The notes: generated by a model from the sequence alone, not told the origin. Counted from the stretch's first letter, positions 27,346-36,899 are shown. The stretch is 64,000 nt of DNA from Brevundimonas sp. (GCF_036659295.1 NZ_JAVXCU010000004.1:16149-80148), one strand, 5' to 3'. A program made the numbers and translations.

Positions 27346-28146
27346 TCAGCGAGCGGCGTACTGGTTGGAACGTGTGGACGGCGACCGCATCATACGGGCG
27401 GCCGGTCCGGCAATGGCGCGGCCGGGGGCCACGGCCACGGCCTCGATGGTGCGGTTGGATTGCAGGTTCAGGATGCTGACCGTATCGCCCATGGTGGCGT
27501 TGCGCTGGGCGCGGCCGGTGATGGTCAGCTCAATGCCGTTGTCCTGATAAAGGACCTCGACCATGTCGTTGCGGGCAATCACCTGCGGGGAGGCCAGATC
27601 GCGGGCATTGACCGCCTGACCGGCGCGCAAGGGGCGACGGGCCGACAGACCGATAATCTCGGCGGCATCCTGTGGGCCGGATACAGGGGCCAGATGCGCC
27701 TGAACCTGTGTCCACATCACGTCTTCGGGCTGAACGACCTCGCCCGCAGACAGGCTGCGGGTAAAGGTCAGGGCCTCGACCATGGCACCGGCGCGGGCAG
27801 GCGCGGACGCCATTGCCGACTGTACAGCTAAGGGGGCACCCTCGCGCACGATAATGCGGCGGATACCTGCGGTATTGGCCCAGTCCAGTCCGGCGCGGCG
27901 GGCGGCAATCTGCACCTGTGCGGCATCCAGAACGGCGCTGGGTCCGGAACGGCGACCGACCACGATATTGGCGGCGGTACCGGCACCCTCGAACAGATCG
28001 CCAAGCGTGATCTGGCCGTCCGCATCGGTGGGCGAGGGGATCAGATTGACGGCACGGGTCTGGGCCTGCGCGTCCATGGCAAAGGCCGAGACGGCAAGGG
28101 CGCTGGCCCCCATCAGGATCGTGACCGTTTTCAATAGGCGTTTCAT
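27346..28146 (-). CDS. flgA: Flagellar P-ring assembly chaperone
   Basis: 266 aa with a signal peptide. It has a C-terminal SAF/FlgA domain (IARNDMVEVLYQDNGIELTITGRAQRNATMGDTVSILN). Confidence 0.8.
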   Translation of the reverse strand: MKRLLKTVTILMGASALAVSAFAMDAQAQTRAVNLIPSPTDADGQITLGDLFEGAGTAANIVVGRRSGPSAVLDAAQVQIAARRAGLDWANTAGIRRIIVREGAPLAVQSAMASAPARAGAMVEALTFTRSLSAGEVVQPEDVMWTQVQAHLAPVSGPQDAAEIIGLSARRPLRAGQAVNARDLASPQVIARNDMVEVLYQDNGIELTITGRAQRNATMGDTVSILNLQSNRTIEAVAVAPGRAIAGPAARMMRSPSTRSNQYAAR

Positions 28147-28162
28147 GGTTGCGCGCCTTTAC

Positions 28163-28951
28163 CTAGTTCTTCAGCTGGGCCGAGACCGACAGCATTTCAT
28201 CGGCGGTGGTGATGACCTTGGAGTTCATCTCGTAGGCCCGCTGGGCCACGATCAGCGAGGTGATTTCCGATACGGAATCCACGTTCGAGGCCTCGGTATA
28301 GCGGTGCAACAGGTGGCCGAAACCGACCTCGTCGGGGATGCCGACATTGGGTGCGCCCGATGCTGCGGTTTCCAGCAACAGGTTGTCGCCGATGGCTTCG
28401 AGGCCCGCTTCGTTCATGAAGCTGGCGATTTCCAGCTGGCCGACGATCTGCGGTTCCGGTTCGCCATCCAATGCCACCTGCACCTGACCCGAACGCGAGA
28501 TGGCGATATCGACCGTATTCTCGGGAATGGTGATGGCAGGCTCGACCAGATAGCCGTCCTTGGACACCAGCTGGCCCTCGGCATTGACCGAGAAGTTGCC
28601 CGCGCGGGTATAGGCGGTTTCACCGGACGGCAGGGTGATCTGGAAATAGCCCTTGCCGTTGATGGCGATGTCGTAATCGTTGCCGCTCTGGGTGGGCGAG
28701 CCTTGGGCCGTGATGCGATAAACCGCACCGGCTTTTACGCCCATACCGATCTGGACGCCGGTGGGAACGACCGTGCCCTGCGTCGAGGACTGTGCGCCCA
28801 TACGCTCGACATTCTGGTACAGAAGGTCCTGAAACTCGGCGCGTTGGCGCTTGTAGCCAACGGTATTCATGTTGGCGATGTTGTTCGAGATGACCTCGAC
28901 GTTCAACTGCTGGGCGGCCATGCCCGAGGCGGCGGTACGAAGTGCGCGCAT
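28163..28951 (-). CDS. flgG: Flagellar distal rod protein
   Basis: 262 aa. It reads MRALRTAASGMAAQQLNVEVISNNIANMNTVGYK...AQRAYEMNSKVITTADEML. Confidence 0.95.
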   Translation of the reverse strand: MRALRTAASGMAAQQLNVEVISNNIANMNTVGYKRQRAEFQDLLYQNVERMGAQSSTQGTVVPTGVQIGMGVKAGAVYRITAQGSPTQSGNDYDIAINGKGYFQITLPSGETAYTRAGNFSVNAEGQLVSKDGYLVEPAITIPENTVDIAISRSGQVQVALDGEPEPQIVGQLEIASFMNEAGLEAIGDNLLLETAASGAPNVGIPDEVGFGHLLHRYTEASNVDSVSEITSLIVAQRAYEMNSKVITTADEMLSVSAQLKN

Positions 28952-28965
28952 TGCTCAGACCTTCC

Positions 28966-29703
28966 TTAGGAAACCTTGCCCAGTCGCTCGACGGCGCGGC
29001 GGCTGAGGTCGTTGGTGTTTTCGATCATACGGGTCACGCTTTCATAAGCGCGGTTGATCTCGACCAGATTGGTGATCTCGATCAGGGTGTTAACGTTGGA
29101 GCCTTCCAGCATGCCCTGACGCACGCGGGCGTCTGCGGCCTCGATGGGCTGCAGGTTGGAGATGTTGCGGTAGAGGTTGTCACCGCCCTTTTCCAACACC
29201 GACAGGTCCCCGAAACGCACCACGCTCAGGCGGCCGACAATCTCGCCTTCCTGCGTGATGGTGCCGTCCTGTGCGACCGTGATCGGGCCAAGTTCCGGAT
29301 TGACGATCAGCTCGCCCGCATCCGTCTGGACGGGCAGGCCGTCCTGCGTGGTCATGCGGCCTTCGGCGTCCATGGTGAACGAGCCGTCGCGGGTATAGGC
29401 GGGGCCATTGGCGGTGGTGATGGTGAAGAACGTGCCTTCGCCCTCGATACCGAAATCCAGATCGCGGCCCGTCTGCTTCAGAGCGGCCTGACCGAAATCG
29501 CGACCGACACCCTTGTCCAGCACGAAGCTGGCCGAGGGGCGCACGGCGTGGTTGCGGGCCCGCTGACCGATCTCGGTGCCGACCAGCATCTGCTCGACCT
29601 TGAAACCGGTCGTGTCGGAATTGGCGATGTTGTTGGCCACGATGTCGAGTTCGCGGCGCAGCGTCATCTGGCGGGACAATCCGATATAGGCGGCGTTTTC
29701 CAA
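28966..29703 (-). CDS. flgF: Flagellar proximal rod protein
   Basis: 245 aa with a TTG start at 29703, preceded 7 nt upstream by AAGGAG. It reads (M)ENAAYIGLSRQMTLRRELDIVANNIAN...NRAYES. Confidence 0.9.
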   Translation of the reverse strand: MENAAYIGLSRQMTLRRELDIVANNIANSDTTGFKVEQMLVGTEIGQRARNHAVRPSASFVLDKGVGRDFGQAALKQTGRDLDFGIEGEGTFFTITTANGPAYTRDGSFTMDAEGRMTTQDGLPVQTDAGELIVNPELGPITVAQDGTITQEGEIVGRLSVVRFGDLSVLEKGGDNLYRNISNLQPIEAADARVRQGMLEGSNVNTLIEITNLVEINRAYESVTRMIENTNDLSRRAVERLGKVS

Positions 29704-29731
29704 AGCATGGGCTCCTTCGCCTTTCGTATTC

Positions 29732-29746
29732 GCAACAGTCGTGCCA
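29732..29746 (-). promoter_or_regulatory. Sigma54 (-24/-12) promoter for the flgFGAH operon
   Basis: The minus strand reads TGGCAC-GACTG-TTGC, an exact match to the TGGCAC-N5-TTGC core. It lies 27 nt upstream of the flgF start. Confidence 0.75.
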
Positions 29747-29797
29747 AATGACCAAACTCAATGATTTCAGTGTTTTAGGTTTTTGGAGCCAAAACCG

Positions 29798-29813
29798 CCC
29801 GGCAGGATTTGCC
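29798..29813. promoter_or_regulatory. ftr-like dyad CCCGGCAGGATTTGCC (candidate FlbD/enhancer site)
   Basis: GGCA-N5-TGCC dyad with a CCGGC core. It sits about 55 bp upstream of the sigma54 core and abuts the CtrA box. The match to the ftr consensus is from memory. Confidence 0.35.
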
Positions 29814-29819
29814 TCATGG

Positions 29820-29835
29820 TTAATGGCTTGTTAAC
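29820..29835 (+). promoter_or_regulatory. CtrA box TTAA-N7-TTAAC upstream of fliL
   Basis: TTAATGGCTTGTTAAC read directly from the sequence. It ends 45 nt before the fliL ATG, a position consistent with overlap of a -35 region. Confidence 0.65.
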
Positions 29836-29880
29836 CAAAATGGCCCCACACAGCTGTGCTGTAGGTTGGGGTCGTTCCGC

Positions 29881-30513
29881 ATGCTGAAACTGAAGCTGGG
29901 CAAGAAGAAGGACGAGAACGCCGTTCCGGCCGTGGTCGAAGGCGAGACCGCGCAGGACGTCGACGCGTCCGAAGCTCCGGCGAAAAAGAAGCCGCCCATG
30001 CTGGTCATCATTATTGGTGCCGCTGTGCTGGTGGCTGCCATCGGTGGCGGCGCGGCCTTTATGCTGATGAAGCCCAAAAGCCCCGAAGCCGAACAACCGG
30101 CAGACGCGCACGCGGCCAAAAAAGACGACAAAAAAGCAGACGCCCACGGCAAGGAAGGCGAAGCCCCCGCAGGTGATGTGGCGGGCACGATCGCCGCCGG
30201 TCCTGACGGTGTGACCTTCTACACGCTGCCCGACCTGATCGTGAACATCCAGTCACCGGAAGGGCGCACGACCTATCTCAAGCTCAAGCTGACGCTGGAG
30301 GTGAAGGACGCAGCTGTGGCCTCGCGCCTGCAGGCCGAGGCGCCGCGCCTGAACGACATGCTGCAAAGCTTCCTGCGTGAACTGCGCCCCGATGATCTGG
30401 CAGGCTCCGCCGGTTCGTACCAGTTACGGGCCGAGCTGCTGCGCCGCATCAATCTGGTGGCGGCACCGGGCAAGGTGGATGCGGTCCTGATCGAAGAAAT
30501 GCTGGTGCAATAG
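29881..30513 (+). CDS. fliL: Flagellar basal body-associated protein FliL
   Basis: Track ORF trimmed to ATG 29881. It has a single TM, then FYTLPDLIVNIQSPEGRTTYLKLKLTLEV...LRPDDLAG. Confidence 0.85.
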   Translation: MLKLKLGKKKDENAVPAVVEGETAQDVDASEAPAKKKPPMLVIIIGAAVLVAAIGGGAAFMLMKPKSPEAEQPADAHAAKKDDKKADAHGKEGEAPAGDVAGTIAAGPDGVTFYTLPDLIVNIQSPEGRTTYLKLKLTLEVKDAAVASRLQAEAPRLNDMLQSFLRELRPDDLAGSAGSYQLRAELLRRINLVAAPGKVDAVLIEEMLVQ

Positions 30514-30515
30514 CC

Positions 30516-31562
30516 ATGAGCGATACGTTCGGCACAGTGGATGAAGACCCGTTCGGCAGCGATGCCGGAATGTCCGAACGCGTCCTCAACCAGGACGAGA
30601 TCGACAGCCTGCTGGGCTTCGACATGGATGACGGCTCGGGCGACGAGCGCAGCGGCATCCGTGCGATCATCAACTCGGCGCTGGTGTCCTATGAACGCCT
30701 GCCGATGCTGGAAATCGTCTTTGACCGCCTTGTGCGCTTGATGACGACCAGCCTGCGCAACTTCACATCCGATAACGTCGAAGTCTCGCTGGACACCATT
30801 TCATCGATCCGCTTCGGCGACTATCTGAACTCTATCCCGCTGCCCGCCATCCTTGCGGTGTTCCGTGCCGAGGAGCTGGATAATTACGGTCTGCTGACGG
30901 TCGACAGTAACCTGATCTATTCGATCGTGGACGTTCTGCTGGGGGGCCGTCGTGGCACGGCGGCGCTGCGGATCGAGGGACGCCCCTATACGACCATCGA
31001 GCGCGCACTGGTGCAGCGCATGGTCGAGGTGATCCTCAACGATGCGCGTCAGGCCTTCGAGCCGCTGACGCCGGTACATTTCAATCTGGACCGTCTGGAA
31101 ACCAATCCGCGCTTTGCCGCGATTGCACGCCCGGCCAATGCGGCCATTCTGGTCAAGCTGCGCATCGACATGGAAGACCGTGGCGGTCGCGTCGAGCTTT
31201 TGCTGCCTTACTCGACCCTCGAACCGATCCGCAAAATGCTGCTGCAGCAGTTCATGGGCGAGAAGTTCGGGCGCGACAATATCTGGGAAGGCCACCTGGC
31301 CACCGAGCTTTGGACCACCGACACAGAGGTGCGCTGCGTTCTGGATGAGCAGCAGATCGCGCTGTCCAAGGTATTGGATCTCAAGGTCGGCGACACCCTG
31401 ATGCTGAACGCCACGCCGGAATCCGATGTCACGGTCAAGGCGGGTACAGTCAATCTGACGGTCGGCAAGATGGGCCGTCGCGGACAACACGTTGCGGTGC
31501 GCGTCGAAGCACCGATTTCAACTGAGGCGGCCATGCGCATCGCCGGGAGGCAGAACTGGTGA
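30516..31562 (+). CDS. fliM: Flagellar motor switch protein FliM
   Basis: 348 aa. LNQDEIDSLLGF at the N-terminus is the CheY-P binding-type motif, followed by a SpoA-like C-terminus. Confidence 0.92.
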   Translation: MSDTFGTVDEDPFGSDAGMSERVLNQDEIDSLLGFDMDDGSGDERSGIRAIINSALVSYERLPMLEIVFDRLVRLMTTSLRNFTSDNVEVSLDTISSIRFGDYLNSIPLPAILAVFRAEELDNYGLLTVDSNLIYSIVDVLLGGRRGTAALRIEGRPYTTIERALVQRMVEVILNDARQAFEPLTPVHFNLDRLETNPRFAAIARPANAAILVKLRIDMEDRGGRVELLLPYSTLEPIRKMLLQQFMGEKFGRDNIWEGHLATELWTTDTEVRCVLDEQQIALSKVLDLKVGDTLMLNATPESDVTVKAGTVNLTVGKMGRRGQHVAVRVEAPISTEAAMRIAGRQNW

Positions 31563-32137
31563 CGGGTGTAATTCTGGACGGCACGCTGATGGTGCTGCTG
31601 ATCGCGGCCATCGCTTATGGTGTGAAACTGGAGCGCAAGCTGAAAGCCTTGCGTGAAGGCCAACTGGCCTTTGCCGGTGCGGTCAAGGAACTGAACAATG
31701 CAGCCGGTCGTGCCGAACAGGCGCTGGCGACATTGCGGGCTTCTGGAGCCGAAACCGATCTGCTGCATGACCGCATTCTCAAGGCGCGTCAGGTCAAGCA
31801 GGAACTCGAAGCGCTGATTATCCGCGCCCCCAAGGTTGAAGCCCAAAAGGCTGCGGCCGCCGCTGTGGCCCGTCCGGCGGCCGAAGAAGAGCCGCTTGAA
31901 CTGGTCTCGACCATGGCCCTGATCAATGACGAGAACGAGCGCGCGCGCCGCATGGCCGGTCTGATGCAGCGTATCGAAACCGCCAGTGCCGCCGTGCCGC
32001 CGCCCGCTCCGAAAGCCGCAGCGCCCAAGGAAAGCGGCCTGACCGGCATGTTGCAGGCCCTGGCCGCTAACCAAGCTGCTCAACAGTCCCTCAACCTTGC
32101 CCGTCGTAGTCTCGACGAGGATTTGTTTGCGGTATAA
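31559..32137 (+). CDS. Bitopic coiled-coil, Pro/Ala-rich membrane protein (DUF6468-type; PflI-like position)
   Basis: The GTG start overlaps the fliM stop (GTGA). It has an N-terminal TM, then coiled-coil, then an AAAPK-rich region. Confidence 0.5.
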   Translation: MTGVILDGTLMVLLIAAIAYGVKLERKLKALREGQLAFAGAVKELNNAAGRAEQALATLRASGAETDLLHDRILKARQVKQELEALIIRAPKVEAQKAAAAAVARPAAEEEPLELVSTMALINDENERARRMAGLMQRIETASAAVPPPAPKAAAPKESGLTGMLQALAANQAAQQSLNLARRSLDEDLFAV

Positions 32138-32142
32138 ATTTA

Positions 32143-32202
32143 ACCCTCTCAAGCCGAATGGCTTGAGAGGGTACCCCTAACGCCTGTCACGCGGTGACAG
32201 GC
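32143..32202 (+). terminator. Two tandem perfect hairpins after the fliLM operon
   Basis: ACCCTCTCAAGCC-GAAT-GGCTTGAGAGGGT followed by GCCTGTCAC-GCG-GTGACAGGC. No T-tract follows. Confidence 0.45.
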
Positions 32203-32362
32203 TACTTGAGGGGATTTCTTCTCCAGCGGTCAGCATGCGGTGCTAGGTTGTTTTTGGGGGAGGCTTGATAGCCTTCGTCCGACACGGATTGTCGGGTTGC
32301 TTGAGGTGCTAAGCTCAAGCGAGTAAGCGTCACTTTCTTCGTCCTCTGTTTCGGTCATTGCC

Positions 32363-33097
32363 ATGAGCAAGCTGCCCCGCCTTCTGCCCCTGATTGCCAT
32401 CGCCATTGGCGGTGTCGTCGCCGTGCGCGCGGCGGGTGTGGCACCGGACCTGTTCAGTGGCGCGGCAGCATGGGCACAGGAAGGCGCACCGGCGGCGGCC
32501 GACAGCGCCACCGAAACTGCCGCCACAACCTCAGCCCCGCCCGCTGTCTGCGCTCTGACACCGGAACAGCTGGCCCAGCAGGCCGGTATCTCGCCAGCCG
32601 AACTGCGGATCATCCAGTCCCTGTCCAAGCGCCGCGAAGCGCTGGATGCGCGTGACGCCGATTTCGCCACCACCCTGCCGCTGATGGTGGCGGCCGAACA
32701 AAAACTGGACGCCAAGCTCAAGGCGCTGGAAGCCCTCAAGGGCGAGATCAGCGGCCTGATGGGGCAGGTGGACGAGCAGGAAAAAGCCGAGAACGACCGT
32801 CTGGTCGCCGTTTATTCGGCCATGCGCCCGCGCGAGGCCGCAGCCGTGTTTGTGTCTTTGAACGATTCCGTGCGCCTGCCGGTGGCACAGGCCATGCGCC
32901 CGCGCACACTGGCCGCCATCATGGCCCAGATGCCGCCTGCCGCCGCCCGCGAACTGACCGAGAAAATGGCCAAGCGTTTTGAAACCAAGCCGCTGGTCGA
33001 ACGGGCCTCGGCAGCGGCGGGTGAGCCTGTCCGTCCGGCCACGCCTGCTGCGGCCCCTGCTACCCCTGCTGCGGCTGCCCCCGCACCGGCGGCCTGA
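32363..33097 (+). CDS. MotE-like (MgtE_N-type) flagellar protein
   Basis: 244 aa with a signal/TM segment. AVYSAMRPREAAAVFVSLNDSVRLPVAQAMRPRTLAAIMAQMPPAAARELTEKM is an MgtE-N/MotE signature. The tail is Pro/Ala-rich. Confidence 0.65.
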   Translation: MSKLPRLLPLIAIAIGGVVAVRAAGVAPDLFSGAAAWAQEGAPAAADSATETAATTSAPPAVCALTPEQLAQQAGISPAELRIIQSLSKRREALDARDADFATTLPLMVAAEQKLDAKLKALEALKGEISGLMGQVDEQEKAENDRLVAVYSAMRPREAAAVFVSLNDSVRLPVAQAMRPRTLAAIMAQMPPAAARELTEKMAKRFETKPLVERASAAAGEPVRPATPAAAPATPAAAAPAPAA

Positions 33098-33170
33098 TCT
33101 GTTGGCATAAGCCTCGACAGCGGCTATTCAGCGCCATCATTTTTTCCAAGCTTCCCCAAGGATGCCCGTT

Positions 33171-33410
33171 ATGTCCGACGTCATGCCCGACCGCCTGTCG
33201 GTTGATCCCGACAGCCCGTACCACAATGCCGAACTGCTGATGAAAGGCATCGGCATTCGCTTCAAGGGCGAAGAAAAGACCAATGTCGAGGAATACTGCG
33301 TTTCCGAAGGCTGGGTGCGTCTGGCGATCGGCAACCGCGTTGACCGTCGTGGCAAGGCCCTGACCATCAAGCTGCAAGGCGAAGTCGAGCCTTTCCTCAA
33401 GGGCGAGTAA
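33171..33410 (+). CDS. DUF3297 family protein
   Basis: MSDVMPDRLSVDPDSPYHNAELLMKGIGIRFKGEEKTNVEEYCVSEGWVR... ATG 33171 lies 8 nt after AAGGA. Confidence 0.75.
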   Translation: MSDVMPDRLSVDPDSPYHNAELLMKGIGIRFKGEEKTNVEEYCVSEGWVRLAIGNRVDRRGKALTIKLQGEVEPFLKGE

Positions 33411-33508
33411 TTCGCACGAAAAACTCTTGGCGGGCTGAGGAATTGTGACTTCCTGTCGCACCCTCGGCCCGCTAGGTTCCCTGCTTTCAGCGACCGCAGG
33501 GGGAAGCC

Positions 33509-34942
33509 ATGTCGTATAAATCGGGTCTGTTGGCGGGCGTATTCGCGCTTGGCCTTTTCACCACTCCGGCACTGGCACAGGACGCAGCGACCATCGCCGC
33601 CGCAGAGGCCCTGCGAGACCAAGCCCTCTCTGACACAATCGCCTATGACTATACCCGCGACGTGACGACCTTGTTCGGGCCGCGTCCGGCGGGTGCGGAT
33701 ACCGATCACGCCGCTGCCGCATGGGCCGCCGACTGGATGCGCGCCCACGGCTTCGAAAATGTCCGCGTCGAGACCTTCCCGCTGGTCGGCTGGAACCGTG
33801 GCAGCGAAAGCGTCGAGATTGTCGGCACAGGTGCCCAAAAACTGTCCGCCGCCGCCCTTGGTCACTCGATTGCCACCCCCGCCGAAGGGATCGAGGCCGA
33901 GATCGTCCATTTCACGAGCCTTGATGCCCTGAATGCCGCGCCTGCGGGTTCGCTGAACGGCAAGATCGCTGTGGTCGATGCCGGCCAGATGCCGCGCACC
34001 CGCGACGGCTCGGGCTATGGCCCGCTGTCGCGCGTCCGCTCGCAAGGCCCCAAGGCCGCCAAGGATCGCGGAGCCGTGGCCTTTGTCATGCGCTCGGCGG
34101 GCTCCGACCACCACCGTATGCCGCACACCGGCACCACCGGCTATCATGACGGCGTCGTGCCGCTGCCGTCCTTTGCTCTGTCGGCCCCTGATGCCGATCA
34201 GGTGGCCCGTCTGGTCGCCACCGGCCAGCCGATCCGCATGAAGCTGTTCTCGACGGCCAGCACCTATGAGACGCACAGCCAGAACGTCATTGGCGAAATC
34301 CGTGGTGCAACCCGTCCCGACGAAGTGATCGTCTTGGGCTCGCATATGGATAGCTGGGATCTGGGCACCGGTGCCATCGACGATGCCGCCGGTGGCGGTA
34401 TCACGCTGGCGACTGCTAAAATCATCGCCGATGCCGGTCGTCCCGCCCGTACCATCCGTGTGGTCCTGTACGGTGCCGAAGAAGTCGCCCAGCCGACCAA
34501 TCACGGCAATGGCGGCGGTGCCTATGTCCGCAATATCGGCAGCGAAATCGAAAAGCACATCATCGCCGGTGAAAGCGATCTGGGCGCCGACAACATCTAT
34601 GATCTGGGCCTGCCGCCCGGCACACAGAACAGCGCGTTCGCCCAAAAGGCTCTGGCCGTTCTGGCACCACTAGGCATTGGTGCCGGTGGCGAAGAACGTT
34701 TCGGTGGCGTGGATATCGCGCCTCTGGCCCGCAACGGCGTTCCGGTGTTCGGTCTCAGTCAGGATGCGACCCGCTATTTCGACCTGCACCACACCGCCGA
34801 TGACACGTTCGACAAGATCGATCCGGTCCAGATGCGCCAGAATGTGGCGGCATGGGTGGCGCTGGTAAAACTGATTGCTGATTCAGAGGTGGACTTTAGG
34901 GCCATAGCTGCGGCAAACACTGCGCCTGCCCAGTCGAACTGA
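33509..34942 (+). CDS. M28 family peptidase (secreted)
   Basis: 477 aa with a signal peptide. It has VIVLGSHMDSWDLGTGAIDDAAG and LYGAEE, the M28 zinc-ligand motifs. Confidence 0.85.
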   Translation: MSYKSGLLAGVFALGLFTTPALAQDAATIAAAEALRDQALSDTIAYDYTRDVTTLFGPRPAGADTDHAAAAWAADWMRAHGFENVRVETFPLVGWNRGSESVEIVGTGAQKLSAAALGHSIATPAEGIEAEIVHFTSLDALNAAPAGSLNGKIAVVDAGQMPRTRDGSGYGPLSRVRSQGPKAAKDRGAVAFVMRSAGSDHHRMPHTGTTGYHDGVVPLPSFALSAPDADQVARLVATGQPIRMKLFSTASTYETHSQNVIGEIRGATRPDEVIVLGSHMDSWDLGTGAIDDAAGGGITLATAKIIADAGRPARTIRVVLYGAEEVAQPTNHGNGGGAYVRNIGSEIEKHIIAGESDLGADNIYDLGLPPGTQNSAFAQKALAVLAPLGIGAGGEERFGGVDIAPLARNGVPVFGLSQDATRYFDLHHTADDTFDKIDPVQMRQNVAAWVALVKLIADSEVDFRAIAAANTAPAQSN

Positions 34943-34962
34943 ATCGGTTCCTGAGCAGCGCT

Positions 34963-35047
34963 GCGAGCGTGGCGAAACTGGTAGACGCAGCAGACTTAAA
35001 ATCTGCCGACTTAGGTCTTGCGGGTTCGACCCCCGCCGCTCGCACCA
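34963..35047 (+). tRNA. tRNA-Leu (anticodon TAA)
   Basis: Acceptor GCGAGCG/CGCTCGC, anticodon arm GCAGA-CTTAAAA-TCTGC, long variable arm, T-arm GCGGG-TTCGACC-CCCGC, encoded ACCA. Confidence 0.9.
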
Positions 35048-35175
35048 CTCTTTAAAACGACAGCCTGTCATGGCGAGGCAGATTGCCTCGCTATCGCCGG
35101 TTGTTGTGTTTCTGTCATCGGGCGCAGATAAGCCCGAGCATATTAGTTTTCCCGTTTTAGCGGATACGGTGGGTT

Positions 35176-36831
35176 ATGCTGTTTAAACGTCTTCTGGTGG
35201 GTACAGCCTCTGCGGCTCTGGCCCTGGCTTCGGTGTCTCCGGCTCTGGCCCAAGAGGTCGAAGAGGGCGCAAACGGCGGCCCGCATCTGGTCGTGACGGT
35301 GGTCGTGGACCAACTCAGCGCCAACCTGTTCAACCAGTATCGCAGCCATTTTACCGGCGGCTTTAAACGCCTGCTGGACGAAGGTCTGGTTCACGCCAAC
35401 GGCTTCCAGACCCACGGCGTCACCGAAACCTGCCCCGGTCACTCGACGGTTCTGACGGGCATGCACCCGACCCATACCGGCATCGGCGTGAACTATAGCT
35501 ATAACGGCGCGACCGGCGAGGGCCGCTATTGCATGGCGTCCGAGGTCAATACGCTGGCCCATGGCAAGATCACCGATAACGGCAATGTCGGCACCGAACT
35601 GTTGAAGGTGGATACGGTCGGTGACTGGCTGATTGCCAAAAGCCCTGACAGCCGCGTGTTCGCCGTTTCGGGCAAGGATCGCGGCGCGATGAATCTGGCG
35701 GGTCACCATGGCCGCGCCTTCTGGTTCACCGACGGTTTTGGCCTGACCACCTATGTGCGTCCGGGTGAAACGGCGGCCGAGCGTCTGGCACCGGTGGCCG
35801 CGTTCAATACCGCCTATCCCGAGGTCGAGAAAGACGGTCTGTGGACCGGTGCCTATGCGGTATGCAACGCCATTTCGGCCGATGTCGATGTGGTGGATGG
35901 CCGTTTTGTCTCGTCCATCCCGCCTTACCGCGTCTCGTTCTCGGCCTCGCCGAAATATGACGAGGAAACCCTGCGCGCCGCCACCTATCTGTTGCAGTCC
36001 CAGCGTCTGGGGCAGGGCGACAAGGTGGATATGCTGGGCGTGTCCCTGTCGGGCACCGACATCATCGGCCACACCTTCGGCACACAAGGTCGCGAACAGT
36101 GTGAACAGATCATGCGTCTGGACACTGCGCTGGGTGCCTTCCTTGCCGAACTGGACGATGTCGAAGGCGGCGTAATCCTGTCCCTGACCGCCGACCACGG
36201 CGGCTCGGACACCAATGAGCGCACCGCCGCGCGCGGCTTCCCGTTTGCGGGGCGTGCGGACCTGTCGGCCGTTCCGGCGGCCAATATCGCGCTGCGCGAA
36301 CAGTTCGGTCTGGACTTTGATCCGCTGAACCGTGGTGCCTCGGGTATGCGTATTACCGACGCCCAAAAGCGCACCATGGCCGAGCCGATGCGCACCCAGA
36401 TTGCCAAGGCCGCCGTCGAGATGCTGAACGGCAAGGGCGACCTGTACTATGTCGGCTTTATCGACGACATCCTGTCCCAGCCTGTGCCGGACAGCCTTTA
36501 CCCTGAAAACCTGACCGTTCCCGAGCGCTTGCGCCTGTCGGCGGTCAAGGACGTGTCGGCAGACCTGATGATTGTTCTGGCCCCCGGCAAGGCCACGGGT
36601 GGCCGTCTGGGCTCCAACCTGTCCAGCCATGGCCAGCCGTGGGATTATGACCGCCGCGTGCCGATCATCTTCTGGACGCCGGATGCCGAAGGTCAGGAAC
36701 GCTTCATGCCGGTGCGCACCATCGACATCGCCCCGACCATCGCCAACATCATCGGTGTCGAGACGCCGAAACTGGATGGCCGCTGCATGGATCTGGGTCT
36801 GGGCGAGAGCGCGCCCTGCACGGTGGAATAG
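35176..36831 (+). CDS. Alkaline phosphatase-superfamily phosphodiesterase / nucleotide pyrophosphatase (NPP-type)
   Basis: 551 aa with a signal peptide. It has VVDQLSANL...TETCPGHSTVLTGMHP (nucleophile Thr region) and DHGG. Confidence 0.8.
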   Translation: MLFKRLLVGTASAALALASVSPALAQEVEEGANGGPHLVVTVVVDQLSANLFNQYRSHFTGGFKRLLDEGLVHANGFQTHGVTETCPGHSTVLTGMHPTHTGIGVNYSYNGATGEGRYCMASEVNTLAHGKITDNGNVGTELLKVDTVGDWLIAKSPDSRVFAVSGKDRGAMNLAGHHGRAFWFTDGFGLTTYVRPGETAAERLAPVAAFNTAYPEVEKDGLWTGAYAVCNAISADVDVVDGRFVSSIPPYRVSFSASPKYDEETLRAATYLLQSQRLGQGDKVDMLGVSLSGTDIIGHTFGTQGREQCEQIMRLDTALGAFLAELDDVEGGVILSLTADHGGSDTNERTAARGFPFAGRADLSAVPAANIALREQFGLDFDPLNRGASGMRITDAQKRTMAEPMRTQIAKAAVEMLNGKGDLYYVGFIDDILSQPVPDSLYPENLTVPERLRLSAVKDVSADLMIVLAPGKATGGRLGSNLSSHGQPWDYDRRVPIIFWTPDAEGQERFMPVRTIDIAPTIANIIGVETPKLDGRCMDLGLGESAPCTVE

Positions 36832-36867
36832 TCTGGCGAATAGACCCGTAATAAACTCTTGTTTCGT

Positions 36868-36899
36868 AAGCCGCAGGTGCCATAGCGCCTGCGGCTTTT
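36868..36899 (+). terminator. Rho-independent terminator
   Basis: AAGCCGCAGG-N10-CCTGCGGCTT followed by TT. Confidence 0.65.

Noticed and set aside
33137-34645. 502-aa ORF antisense to the DUF3297 and M28 peptidase genes.
   Set aside because: It is a shadow ORF spanning two real plus-strand genes and an intergenic gap, with biased Gly/Arg/Ala composition.
35143-36630. 495-aa ORF antisense to the NPP-type phosphodiesterase.
   Set aside because: It is a shadow ORF. The opposite strand encodes a protein with a signal peptide and family motifs.
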